DNA from: Adineta vaga
Taxonomy: Eukaryota; Animalia; Rotifera
Assembly: GCA_021613535.1 (NCBI GenBank)
Contig: CP075497.1
Coordinates: 1,364,001-1,428,000 of the forward strand
Length of the DNA stretch: 64,000 nt
Direction of reading: 5' to 3'
Positions 40,652 to 53,041 of this stretch are shown here, piece after piece (positions within the stretch are counted from its first letter, which is position 1; each line of letters starts with the position of its first letter). A program made the position numbers and the translations under genes. Under the pieces are notes generated by a model, which saw nothing but the letters and a program-made list of their open reading frames with translations, ran no database searches and had not been told where the DNA came from.

Positions 40652-41086
40652 ATGTCATCAGTTTATCAAATATATCGTTCAACGACAATAGGTTTAGCTC
40701 TTGATGATACACTACGTGAACTTGTTCGTCGACAAATCTTTACTCCTCGCATTGTTAATTATATTCTTGGTGTTTTCGATTATATAATTAATCAAAAATT
40801 AACATTTTCATCGTCGATTAAAGGAAAAAAAGAATCTTGTCTTCTTTTTAAAGGTCATCTTCTTTCCTATAGAGCATGTGATCAAGTTTGGACATTACTT
40901 TTTGATTCATTAACATTAACATCGACAACAGATTCTCTTTGGAAAATGATTTTAACTGATAAACATGAAAAAATCAAAATTATTTCTTGTCCAGCTACAA
41001 AATTAACTTCATCAACAACTGAAAAAATAACGACAAGTGAACTTCAAGTAAAGTCAGTAAAAAAAATCAAGTTTACATCAGATTGA
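40652..41086 (+). CDS. GTF2A2: TFIIA gamma subunit-like, divergent and intronless
   Basis: YQIYRSTTIGLALDDTL, FD..INQKL, FKGHLLSYRACDQVWT and KIKIISC. Confidence 0.8.
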   Translation: MSSVYQIYRSTTIGLALDDTLRELVRRQIFTPRIVNYILGVFDYIINQKLTFSSSIKGKKESCLLFKGHLLSYRACDQVWTLLFDSLTLTSTTDSLWKMILTDKHEKIKIISCPATKLTSSTTEKITTSELQVKSVKKIKFTSD

Positions 41087-42251
41087 TTCGTTTTATCAAT
41101 GATTTATCTCTCGAAACTATTCGATCTTTCTAGGTAATGATTCTAAAGAATGTTTACAATAACAAAAGATAAATATTTTTCTTGTAGAATTACTGAGACA
41201 TTTGTTCGCTTCGTTATATATTTGAACATAACAAAAAAAAACGATGGTGAATGTCATGTTATTGATATATTCATTGATTAATGTGCGTGTTAGAGAAAAA
41301 GAAACATGTTGTCTGAATTGGTTGATCGTGTATAAGTTTAGTTTGTCTTTATCATCGATGATTCTATTCTCTAGATTGGTTAGTCGTTAGACATCGACAT
41401 GGAATATTTAGATAAATGAGTCGAATGAAGAGCGAGTATGTCTCAAGCGAATATGTCAGTTGAGGAAAAGAAAAACTCATTATATACTCAAGACAAATGA
41501 TCTTTTGCCGATATATATATATATATGTATTCGTCGATGTTTTAACCAACAGAGAAAGATTTTTCTTCATGTTTGTTCGTTCGAAGAATATGAAAGAAAA
41601 AGATTATTAATGATTTCCTTTCCTTTTTCTTTCAATGATCAAACGATGCGGTTGGACAAGAATAGATCGAGAGAAAAAAAAACAAGAAAAACTGAAAATG
41701 TCACACCGCATGTTTCATTGAAATAACATGATAACCATCTGACGACGTTAACAACAACAAAAAAAGAAATCAGATCAACGAAATTAATTTGTCATTTGTC
41801 TTGTTTTTAAAATTAAAACATTATTTTCTAATTTAGACGAAAGAAAAACTAAGTTCAATTGATTGTCATTTTCTTTTCTCCGACGAATCGATTAATTCAA
41901 ATGAGAATGTTATATTTAATACATAAGATTAAGAGAAGCATGATCTGCATGCTATCAGAAGAGATAAAAAAAAGGAAGAAATGATTAAGAATACATGCAC
42001 GAACTCAAAAAAGATAAGCATAACATTCACAAGCGACTTCATTTTTTGAGATTCTTTATTTTGGCTCTTATGACATGTACAAAACAACAATAACAACAGA
42101 GAACAAAAAGTGGTCATTCACATAGATATTGAAATGTTCGTAAAGAGAGAGAGAGAGAAAATGTAAATACAAGAGAGATTTTATAAAAAATAATGAATAA
42201 TTTCTTGTCAAATGAGAAAAATGTCATCAGTTTATCGGAAAAGAATCAATA

Positions 42252-43969
42252 TTAATTTGAAGATTCATCAGAAAAAGTTTCTTCTTTAATAAATGTTGAA
42301 TTAATCTCTTCTTCCTCCTCTTCTTCTTCTTCTTCTTCTTTTTTTATTAAATGTGGTGAAGAAGAATCCGATGATGTTGATGCTGCTGGTAATTGATCAG
42401 GTAGTTTAGATTTCGTATTCGGTAATTTATGATCTTTTTTCCATTTCATTCGTCTAAAATCGATTCAATTAGATAAAACATAATAAAAATTTCAAGAAAT
42501 AAACTAACCGATTTTGAAACCAAATTTTAATTTGTCTTTAAGAAGAAGAAAAAACAAAGAATAAGAAATAAATTTTCTTGAAAAAAAATAATCAAACCTT
42601 TCAGTTAAAACAAGTGAATGAGCTATTTCAATTCGTCGTCGTCGAGTTAAATATTTTGAAAAATGAAATTCTTTTTCCAGTTCTAAGTCAAATCAAAATT
42701 CGTTGTCTTTTTTACGAAAAAAAAAACCCTTTTACCTAAAACTTGATGACGTGTATAAGCTGTTCGAGCTCGTTTAGTTTCTCCATTTGTATAATTAATA
42801 ACTAAAAGAAAAGAGATCAGATGAATATTCTTCTATCCATTATTGAGTTCAACTGTCTGAGAAAAACAGATGAAGAGATTTCTGTTATTTTCACGAAGTT
42901 TAGGTCATTTATACTTCGAATGATAAGAGAAGTGTACGTTCATAACAATGAAATCTTTTGTTTGATTTAGTTTAAAGGAAAAGGTTAAATTTTGAATGAA
43001 AAAGAAATGTAACACTTTTCCATGTGATTCAAGCTGAGAAGAGAAGAAGACAATTTTGACATTTTCAAAATCAATGATATTTACAAAAGTCGTTAAAAAG
43101 ACATTTTATTCAAGGTGTTACTACGAAACTAAAACAAGTCAAACTGACTAAATAAATAATCAGATAAAAGAATTTGATTTCATAGAATGAATGATTACAG
43201 ACGATCATTAATCTTGTTTTTTTTTTCTTTTACCTGGATTATTAATATGTGCTTTACGCATCCATGGATAAATAACAGGTGGAGTTTGTTGTTTAGATAA
43301 CGAATCAATTGTTGATGATAATGGAATTAAATCGGAAGAATTTCGATCGATTGAAGATAGAGGAGATGATGAAGGAGGTGGAGCTGTTGGACTCATTGTT
43401 AAACCATAAAGATCAAGATTTACAGGATGAAGAGAATTTATCATATCAGTTTGAGAAAGACTATTTGATGAAGTTGACACATTATTTTCTTGATTATATG
43501 TTCCATTTGAATCATTATGACATGGATAAATACAAGAGCTATTCAAATTATTTATTAATTTTTTTCCTCTTCTATTCAAAAAAATTATTTCTTACTTTTG
43601 TGCAATATGGGCTGTTGTTGATGATGATGAAGGTGGAAGACCATTGTAACGATATAGATTCGTGGTATTATCTTGATAAAGATGATGAGTTGGATGAGAA
43701 TAAAGTGGAAGAATACGAGACGCTGTTTGGTGATATGAATGTTGACCATAATAGTCATTCAATGGTGATTGAATAAGACATGATGAAGTTGAAGATGAAT
43801 CAGTAGGAACATTAACACTGTTCGCAGATAATTGATGTACACCAGAATAAGTTGTATTTGTCCCATCATTTCCATAATTATAATGATGTTGATGATGATG
43901 ATGAGAAGGAGGATGAGGAGGATGATTGTTCATTGTATGAAGAGAAGGATACGGTGATAGAGAACTCAT
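42252..43969 (-). CDS. Hox4: Hox4/Deformed homeobox protein (6 exons)
   Basis: [10 protein letters not shown] hexapeptide; spliced homeodomain [35 protein letters not shown]...[13 protein letters not shown] followed by the PG4-diagnostic KLPNTK. Confidence 0.95.
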
Positions 43970-45888
43970 GTATTCTTTTTTTTTTCTTCTCTTCTCTCTT
44001 TTTCTTTTTCTGTTCTCTTGTTAATGATAGTCTCAGTTTGTAGGAGTTAAGTGCAATAGTAAATGATCCTCTACAATAGCTGTTATTAATGATTGTAGAG
44101 AGACTCTTCGAATACAACTGATCAAATGATGAGAGAAAACAATGCAAGCAAACCTTGTCACACAAAACGACCTATTAAATCGATTAATGGATACTATAAA
44201 AGAAATATGTGAAAGGAAAAAAATCGATTTTTCTCTCATAAAAGATACAACGGCTGTAACCAATCAATATTCTTTAATCGTATTCTTGTTCTTTCTCATT
44301 TTTCATTGGTGTAAAAGAGAGCAGAAAAAAAATGTATAGGTCGACTTCATACATCTGTATCGAAGAGAGAAGGAAGAACAAATATGATATCTAATAAATC
44401 AATCAATCATTTCGATTCTGAAGAGAAAAACAAGTAATTTTTCAATCAAATCTCTTTCGTAAAAGTTATTCTGAATTTAGCAATATTTTTTTGTTTCCTT
44501 CACTTTAAATACTTCTCTATTCATGGCATTACTTTGAGTGAGTTGCGAAACATTATATTAGGAAAAAAATTTCAACTTTAATAGTTTGTTGTCATTGATA
44601 AGAGTAATAAACATATTTTTCGTATAGTATGTGTGTATGAGTGAAATATAAATCCAAGATCATTGATCTTTCTGTCTCGAATATCTTCTGTCGGTATTTC
44701 TTTTTGAAAATTTCAAATGTTCATCTGATTATCATCAATAGAATTCTTCATTTTTGCCATTTCTTTCTTTTTCGCTCGATAAAATTTTTTCCAAAGAACA
44801 GAAAAACAAAATCGATTAATAACTATTTACAACGAGAAACATGATAAGGCACGTTCACGGCGTAGTTTTAATTAAAAGAATCTGTTTTCTTTTCCTTATC
44901 AATAATTTCCTATCTAAAGTTAGAAGTGAATGTCTCTGAGCTATATTTTCGTTCGAAATGATCTAAGAAAGACAAGACGATTGTTTATCTAAAAAACTAA
45001 AGTTTATTCAATGAAATTAATGATCCGATTCATGTTTGTTCAATCTATGTCACTTAGAATAACCAAAAAGAATAGTTGACAACTAAATGATCATTTAAAT
45101 AGATTGAACAACAGCTATGTAAGTCTGACACCCACCATCGATTAAAAATACATTTTCTATGACCATTCTTTTTCTCTCTATTATTCACACATATTTCGTT
45201 TCGCAAACCATCATATCGAAACATGAACCAATCAATACTATTTGGTATTCATATATGATTCATTCATCCGTCAGATGTATATATATTAAATACTTCGTTT
45301 TCTCGATGAGAATATTAAGTTAGATTGTATGAACGATATATGTATCTTGTACGTGACTATCATCGTATTGTACAAAAAAAAGAAAAAAAGTTCAAAGAAA
45401 CATCTGATACTTGCAATGATGATTGTTATCGTCATATGACTTATTTCTTCAGAAATTAACTTTGATGAAAGTGATGATCTAAACGTGATTTTATACTAGA
45501 AAAAAAAACAGTTTCCTTGTAAGTAAAAGCTGAAGTACATCATCAAAATAGGATTAATCGAGAAATACGATCCTTGTGTGTTATACATAAGAAAAAAAGA
45601 AGAAAGTATTTTATCGAATTCTCAAGACATCATGTTTGAGAACGAATGAATTATTTAGATCAATATGTTTTATTTGAATTGATCGAGAATATAAGAAGAT
45701 TAATTTTGTTAATTAAAAACAATATATAAACATTATTTTGTTTATATTAAACACACTTGATTACATATAAAAAAATGATAAAGCAGGTCGATATGAATGC
45801 AATTTAATTGCATATAGATAATTTTTGATAGAATGAAAGGTATTTATGAAAGGGTTATTAGCATAAGTCGATTCTTGACTATATTTTT

Positions 45889-46458
45889 CTAGTCGTCGTC
45901 GTCGTCGTCATCGTCATCACTTTCTGCTGTTGTTCGATGAGAATGAATTGTAGTATGATCATTGTCATCGTCATCATCATCGTCATTAAGTCTATGTAAT
46001 GTTTCATAAACAGTTGGACCTGTATAAAACATTGATAGAAGTGTTGAATTCTTTTCTTCTTCTTCTACTTCTTGATCTTCTTTGACTAATGAAATAGTTG
46101 CATTTTCATATGCAAAAGTAACAAAAACTTCTGTTTGATTAATATCAACTGGATCATCACATAAACTGAAATGAAGATCAGGAAGTGGTACTGAACAATT
46201 TTCAGTTTTAATTTGAATTTTAACACCTATTTCTGTTTCAGGAACAACATATAAATAAACTTCATTCGATTCTGATGTTGATGCATTAACTCGAATACAA
46301 GTTTCATTGACATTTGTTATTTCAATAATATGTTTTGCTATTGTATCGTTGTCACCTGCAATACAGTCCACAACACGAAATTGAAGAGATTCTTTGAGAA
46401 TTGGTGCTCCAAATACATATCCACTAGCAATTAATAAAAATAAAATCATATACGACAT
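45889..46458 (-). CDS. Secreted highly acidic protein with a poly-Asp tail, unknown function
   Basis: Signal peptide, 4-Cys beta-rich core, several N-x-S/T sites, two Asp runs. Confidence 0.75.
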   Translation of the reverse strand: MSYMILFLLIASGYVFGAPILKESLQFRVVDCIAGDNDTIAKHIIEITNVNETCIRVNASTSESNEVYLYVVPETEIGVKIQIKTENCSVPLPDLHFSLCDDPVDINQTEVFVTFAYENATISLVKEDQEVEEEEKNSTLLSMFYTGPTVYETLHRLNDDDDDDDNDHTTIHSHRTTAESDDDDDDDDD

Positions 46459-47327
46459 TTTTACCTATTTATTATAAAGAATTTTGATGAAATATGTTAT
46501 TTGTTCGTTGACTGTGTAACAGAAAAAACCAATATGAAGAGTTAGACCAGCTGGTATACTAGTATTTTCTAGATAGAGAAATGAAAGAAATACTGTAGGA
46601 TAGAATTTTCCTAGTATTAATCATTCTAGAAAGAGATATAGATATTTATTCGTCATTATACCAAGGCTATTGCCCAAAAATATATGTCTAAGTTCTCTTT
46701 TCTTTCTTCATAAAGAGGAAAAGAAATCTGTCATTAACTTTAGTTATAAATAGAAATAGACAAACAAGGACATATTATCAAGTATGTTTTGTAGAAAAAG
46801 AAAACTCGTTTTTTTTCCGAATTGTTATAAACAATAGTTTTTCAATTGCAATATTTAACAATATTCAACATATTGTTCAGATCATAAAATAGAAGATTAT
46901 CTAATCTTCTTCAGGAATATTACATCTATTTTGACCTTTTATTCATTTGATTCTAGTTAACAAATGTCAGTTATATATCTCAGATGAAATTAAGCGTCAA
47001 CATGAAAATAAAGATTATTTGTTGAAAGATACAGTAAACAATATTGATATATCTTATTCATGGTTTAAGAACAATCTTTTCCCCCATATATATTCTGTCA
47101 GTATCAATTTTTCTCTAGAACTAAGACTCTGTATAGACTAACTAACATATATTAGTGGGAAATATTATTACTTAAGAAAAAAGAAATAGTCCAATGTATA
47201 GAACGTATATTATATAAATACATAGATAAATCTATAGGTCTTAATACTATTTAAACAATAATCACTCTTTCAATATAACAAAAAAGGAAAATCTGTAATT
47301 ATTTGTAAGAGAAAGAGAGAAATATAT

Positions 47328-48699
47328 TTATTGAATTTGGTCATTAAAAATTGTTGAAACACGTCCGACTAAATCTTTAAAATATGGTCTTAGAGCAACA
47401 CAACATGTTAAACAAGGTAAAATAAGATGAGTATAAACTTCATTTGATCCAAATTGTTGAGATTGAGGAAGAAAATAAGGGAGATTTTCTGATGAATTTT
47501 TTAAAAGATTTTGAATTGTTCGATTATCTAAATTTCCATATGGACGTTGTCCTATTGAATAAATTTCCCAAAGAGTTATTCCCTATTTGAAATAAAAACA
47601 CAAACTATAGAACAAAACTCATTCTAAACACATACATAACTCCAAACATCTGATCGAGATGTATATTTTAAAGTATTAATAACTTCCGGTGCTGCCCAAC
47701 GTGTAGCAAATATAGTTTTTTTATTTCCATTGTATTGACCACATTCAGTTAATCTAAAATAGATCATATTTTTTTTATCATATTGAAAAAATACAAATGT
47801 TACTTTGTTAAACCAAAATCTGCAACTTTTAAAATATCATTATCACCAATTAAGCAATTTCTCGTCGCTAAATCTCGATGAATAATATTTCGTTGTTCTA
47901 AATATAACATTGCTTGAAAAATTTGTTTGGAAAAATAATTTAATTTTTTATTAATCATATCTTTTGATGATGATTCAATAAAATTATCTCGAAATTTTCG
48001 AAGATAATTCAATAACGAACCATTTTTCATAAAATCAGTAACTAAACTTAATTGTTTACTTTGTCCATAAAATGTTATTCCAATAATAGGTAAAAGATTT
48101 TCATGTTTTAATTGTGTCATTATATGAGCTTCGAAAAGTATTTCATACATTTTTTTATTATCATATTCTTCAATTGAATTTTGTCGTTGACAATTTAATG
48201 TTTTTAATGCAATATCATGAATACCTTTATATGATGCACGATAAACAATACCGAAGTTTCCTTTACCAATTTCTTGAACATTCTATGAAAGAAAATAAGA
48301 AAATGAATTCATAATTAAATATGAAATTACTTGTAAATCTGATGAATCAATTAAAATAAATTGAAAATCTTTAGGTATTTGTTTAATTTTCTTTGTAAAA
48401 GAATTGTATTGATCAATATTTGTTGTTGATTGAGTTTTTATCAATTGTTCAATTGTTATTAAATTATTTGAAATTGACATAGGATCATTTTTTCTTGTTA
48501 TTTCATAATTTGATGACATTTGTCGATGTTTTCTTAAATTTTGAATTTCTTCATTAGTTAAACGAGAAATATCATTACTTGTTAGAGTTGAATGATGATT
48601 CCATTTTGTATAGGAACGTCGAACAATTTGATAAGATGAACTTTTTCTTTGAGAAGATAAATTTTCTTTGATTGGTTGTTTCGATGTTTTTGACCCCAT
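47328..48699 (-). CDS. Cytoplasmic protein tyrosine kinase with an N-myristoylation motif
   Basis: MGSKTSK start; GKGNFG, IAIK, HRDLATRN, DFG, RWAAPE and SDVWSYG across 5 exons. Confidence 0.88.
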
Positions 48700-49064
48700 T
48701 GTTGGAAGAAATTTTTCTATCTGTTTTCTTCCGTTTATAAACAAATAATATGAAAAAAACTTACCTATGAGTAATTACAGTGACACATCTACTCATTCAT
48801 TCTTCCTTTTTATGATCAATCATAATATGTCAAAAAAAACTATTGATAAAGGTAAAAGATATTCTAATGTCCGTCCTTTTTCTCATTAGGAAATTTTGTC
48901 GTCAAGATATAAATGTAAAAATATTGATTTTGAGAACGAAATTTTAATTCCATACATTTAACCTTGAGAATATCAAATACTAATCTTTTGATTTGATAAT
49001 TTAATTGAAAATTTTTTTCATAAATGAAATAAATCAATTCTTACTTTTCGTTTCAAATGTATCA

Positions 49065-50090
49065 ATGCGTCATATATCATTTCATGTAAAATTAATTCGT
49101 CAATCGACAATTTTTTTAATGATTATTGTCTTCATTACTTTAATTTACATTAAATCTTTTTCTTATTTTCAATGTCGAACATCACCTATCTTCAACTTAA
49201 TATCGAAATCAAATTCTCTCACGAATTTAATAATTAATAAAGATAAACAAATAGCTGTTGATAATTATTCTATTTGGTGTCTTCATATGGCACATCGTCT
49301 TGATAGTGAACAATATTATTCTCTATCATCAACTCTTCAATCACCATCAATAAATTCTTCGAGACTAAATCGTTTACCTTATCGCTATTCATTATGGAAA
49401 TCATCTTCACTTCTTCCTCGTCGATTAACACCGTGTGAACATAGTTTAGTCATACGTTTATTAATGATTATTGAACGAATTTGTCGAAAATATCATATTA
49501 CATATATGATGTCTGATGGAACATTATTAGGTTCATTAAGACATCATGATATGATTCCATGGGATGATGATATTGATTTAATGATACCAATTCATCAATC
49601 AAAACGTTTTATTAAGGTAATTAAAAAAATGAAACATACATTAGTAAAATATCGTATTATATCAGATAAGAGAAAGAAACGAGATTATTTAAAAATATTT
49701 TTTCGATATACAAAATCAGCTGGAGATCTTTCATGGAATTTTCCATTTGTTGATATATTCTTTTATGAACAAAATCAAACACATCTATGGCAAGTAGCTG
49801 ATCCTGATACAACAAAAAACATTCAATATATATTTCCATTAATTATGAGACCATTTGGAGAATTATGGTTACCTGCACCACACAATGCAAGACAACTTTT
49901 TAAATTTGATCCATTTGATCAATGTCAAAGTCATTTTTGGGATCATAGAAAAGAAAATACACAAAAACAAATTTCACAAAAATGTAAATTTTTTAAACAT
50001 GTTTATCCTTTTGTCGATTATAGGGATAGATCGACATCAAAAGAAGTTTTGAAAATTAATAATACAATCATTCATACTGTTATTTATTAA
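49065..50090 (+). CDS. LicD/fukutin-family nucleotidyltransferase-fold protein, type II membrane, intronless
   Basis: GTLLGSLRHHDMIPWDDDIDL, WNFPFVDIFF and an N-terminal TM segment. Confidence 0.9.
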   Translation: MRHISFHVKLIRQSTIFLMIIVFITLIYIKSFSYFQCRTSPIFNLISKSNSLTNLIINKDKQIAVDNYSIWCLHMAHRLDSEQYYSLSSTLQSPSINSSRLNRLPYRYSLWKSSSLLPRRLTPCEHSLVIRLLMIIERICRKYHITYMMSDGTLLGSLRHHDMIPWDDDIDLMIPIHQSKRFIKVIKKMKHTLVKYRIISDKRKKRDYLKIFFRYTKSAGDLSWNFPFVDIFFYEQNQTHLWQVADPDTTKNIQYIFPLIMRPFGELWLPAPHNARQLFKFDPFDQCQSHFWDHRKENTQKQISQKCKFFKHVYPFVDYRDRSTSKEVLKINNTIIHTVIY

Positions 50091-50241
50091 TAAAATAATA
50101 ATTATCAACAATTCATTTGTTATTTAAAAAAAGATTTATTAAGATAAATAAATAAACTTGATTGTTTAGTTAATTGTCTATTACAAATTATCAACAACTT
50201 CATATATCAGTAAAATTTCTTTCGTCAAATTACAGAATATT

Positions 50242-51362
50242 TTAAATAAATTTTCCTACAAACAATACAAATGTCAAACCTATGACAATATTAATAAGAT
50301 TCGATTTTGATATTGTAATGGCTGTATTGCACAAGTTTTTATCACAACAACAAACCCATAGTCTAGAAGCACCATTTGTTTTCCATGAACATCCAGTAGA
50401 TGTACAAAGACTAGAGGAAGCAGCGCCTCGACTATAAACACTATTACGAGAGTTTGTTAAACTTGTTTTCTAAAAGAAATTTTCTCTCATATTTTACGAT
50501 TAATTGAGAAAAAAACATCTACATACTATACACCAACCGCTGGTTGCATATACTGTATCAACATCAATACTAAAGGAATCAAATGGGTTTGGACAATAGG
50601 GTTCATCACAATGATAACAGTTTATGGTCCACGGATAATATGTGGTAGAACCTTTAGTAATTGTTGACAAACGAGTTGTCGTAGAGATAGGACGAGTTAT
50701 TGTGGTCGAAGAGCGAGTTGTCGTAGAGATAGGACGAGTTATTGTGGTCGAAGAGCGAGTTGTCGTAGAGATAGGACGAGTTATTGTGGTCGAAGAGCGA
50801 GTTGTCGTAGAGATAGGACGAGTTATTGTGGTCGAAGAGCGAGTTGTCGTAGAGATAGGACGAGTTATTGTGGTCGAAGAGCGAGTAGTCGTAGATGTAG
50901 CACGAGTTGTGGAGGATGTGCGACGAGTAGTCGTGGATGTGGAAAGAGTTGTGGTGGTAGGAGGACGAGTTGTAGTGGTCGAAGAGCGAGTTGTCGTGGT
51001 AGGGGGACGAGTGGTAGTGGTAGGAGGACGAGTTGTAGTGGTCGAAGAGCGAGTTGTCGTGGTAGGAGGACGAGTGGTAGTGGTAGGAAGACGAGTTGTG
51101 GTGGTAGGAGGACGAGTTGTAGTGGTCGAAGAGCGAGTTGTCGTGGTAGGAGGACGAGTGGTAGTGGTAGGAAGACGAGTTGTAGTGGTGGAAGAGCGAG
51201 TCGTTGTGGTTGATACACTGGGTTTCAAAGTCGTCTGTTGTGTTGAAGATGATAGAATAGTACCTTTTCGAAAAGATGATAAATAAAAGAATTTATATGT
51301 TAAGTATTCTTACTAATACTGACAGCACCAAGAATAAATAAAGTAGTTAATGAATAATGCAT
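50242..51362 (-). CDS. Thr-rich mucin fused to a Ly6/uPAR-like (three-finger) domain, probable GPI anchor (3 exons)
   Basis: Signal exon MHYSLTTLFILGAVSIS; TTTRPP/TTTRSS repeats; NCYHCDEPYCP...WC...CCCDKNLCN; hydrophobic C-tail. Confidence 0.85.
50665..51210 (-). repeat. Coding minisatellite: 21-bp basic unit, including ~5 identical 42-bp units
   Basis: cgagttgtcgtagagataggacgagttattgtggtcgaagag is repeated in tandem. Confidence 0.95.
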
Positions 51363-52797
51363 TTTCAGAAGCAAAGCTAAATAATTTCGAATCAAATCCA
51401 CAAATCAACAATAACAATGATGAAAGAAAGTATTCGAAAAAAACGCCTTTAATATATTTTATTGACGTAAAAACTTTGACGCACATAAGATAAGAAATTG
51501 AGTCACTTCAAGTTGATAAAAGATATAACGTTCGTTGCTGACACTATCTTTTTTTCTAACCAACGAACTAAACAAAGAACATAACGAAGACTGCGTGGGT
51601 ATAGATAAAATTTGTACTTCAAAAAAACAGAATAGATAATCACATCGACTCAGTCTTTACCTGCGTCAATAATAAATCACTTTATCTCCAAGTAGTCTTT
51701 TACTTTCATGTATTCTACTTTCAAAAAGCTTAATCTTATATTTAAGATTAATTCTAAATGTAAATCGATACTGTTCATAGCTTTAAAGTTCATTATTGTA
51801 TACGAACTATTTATTCAAGTCAACCATATTAGAAAAAAAAACAATTTCTTTATTCCTATTGTTTGAAACGCAGAAGAATATTATGATAATAAATGTCGAC
51901 GACAAAGTATTTTTTATAAATAGATACCAAAAGAAATTATGTGAGTACCAGGTACATCATTCTGCTGTGATCTTTATTTCAAAAAATGAATCTTTGACAA
52001 AAAACGTTTTCTTGATAAAACTTTTTTGTGATCATAATTGTTGCGACAAAACCATTTTTGACGGCAATGTATTTATTAGACAATTACCAATTTCTGAGCA
52101 TGCATCATTAGATCAATTATCTTTTCTGGATCAATTGAAGTCAGTTTTTTGACAGCCGACGCGTCAGCATCTGAATCAAATCTATTTTAAAAATTTTTAC
52201 TATATATTCTTTTATTTTCAAATTTTCTTACTCAACAACGAAGGTACTTTTATCTTCTCCCTTGGCAATATTGACTTTATTGATTTTATATATCTTTGTT
52301 AATTTGTTCACGGCTAAAAAGAATTAATATCACTCAATTTATTAATAAATGATTAGAAAGTATAAACTTACAATCAATTGCATTGGCATATTCATTATTT
52401 AAGACGATGATTTGTATCACATTCGGACGTTCACTCTATAAAGATAAAAATTTAATATAATATTAAGTTTATTAGTATATTATTGGTATTTTTAGTCGGA
52501 AAAGTGTAAATAGATGAGTAGTGTAGAAATCGTTAATTCGATTCGAGTATTAAACTTCTTCTTCAACTTCTAAAGTTTCAGTTCAGAATTCGAGTATTCG
52601 AATTTTAAACTATTGAATTCCATAAGTATCCTAACATATGATATCGTCGACTATTTTAAATGTGCATTTAAGTTATATGGTGTAAATGCTTTGCAGACCG
52701 TTATCAATCGGTGTCTTTCCCGCTGAAAACGCTTTTCGTGTGTCCAGTGCAACAGAGGGGTCCAAGGCAATCTTAGTTTGCTCTTTGCCTTCCAAAA

Positions 52798-52821
52798 TCC
52801 TTACCCACACCCACACCCTCA
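52798..52821 (-). repeat. Short telomere-type tract TGAGGG-TGTGGG-TGTGGG(-TAAGGA)
   Basis: The plus strand reads tcctta cccaca cccaca ccctca, matching known bdelloid telomeric hexamers. Confidence 0.55.
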
Positions 52822-53041
52822 AGATATGAAAGTTTCTAATCATTAGAAAATTTTGACAATGACGAGCTAGCATGAACATACAATAGATGAAAATGTTAGT
52901 TTTATTGTTTTCTTCTGCTTATATTTATCATCGATATCACCGTAAAGAAGAAAAGAAATAAAGGTTTGTTAAGAAATCTATATACAATAAAAAAAAGAAG
53001 AAGTTTTGTTTGTTTAAATAAAAGAGAATGTTGTCTGTTTT

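Noticed and set aside
44000-45880. Expected miR-10 beside Hox4
   Set aside because: No match to the miR-10 mature sequence was seen by eye; a formal search is needed.
50642-51286. 214-aa Val/Arg-rich plus-strand ORF and the 117-aa alternative frame
   Set aside because: These are shadow frames of the mucin minisatellite.
52510-52540. Hammerhead-like gatgag...gaaat
   Set aside because: It lacks the CUGA core and convincing stems.
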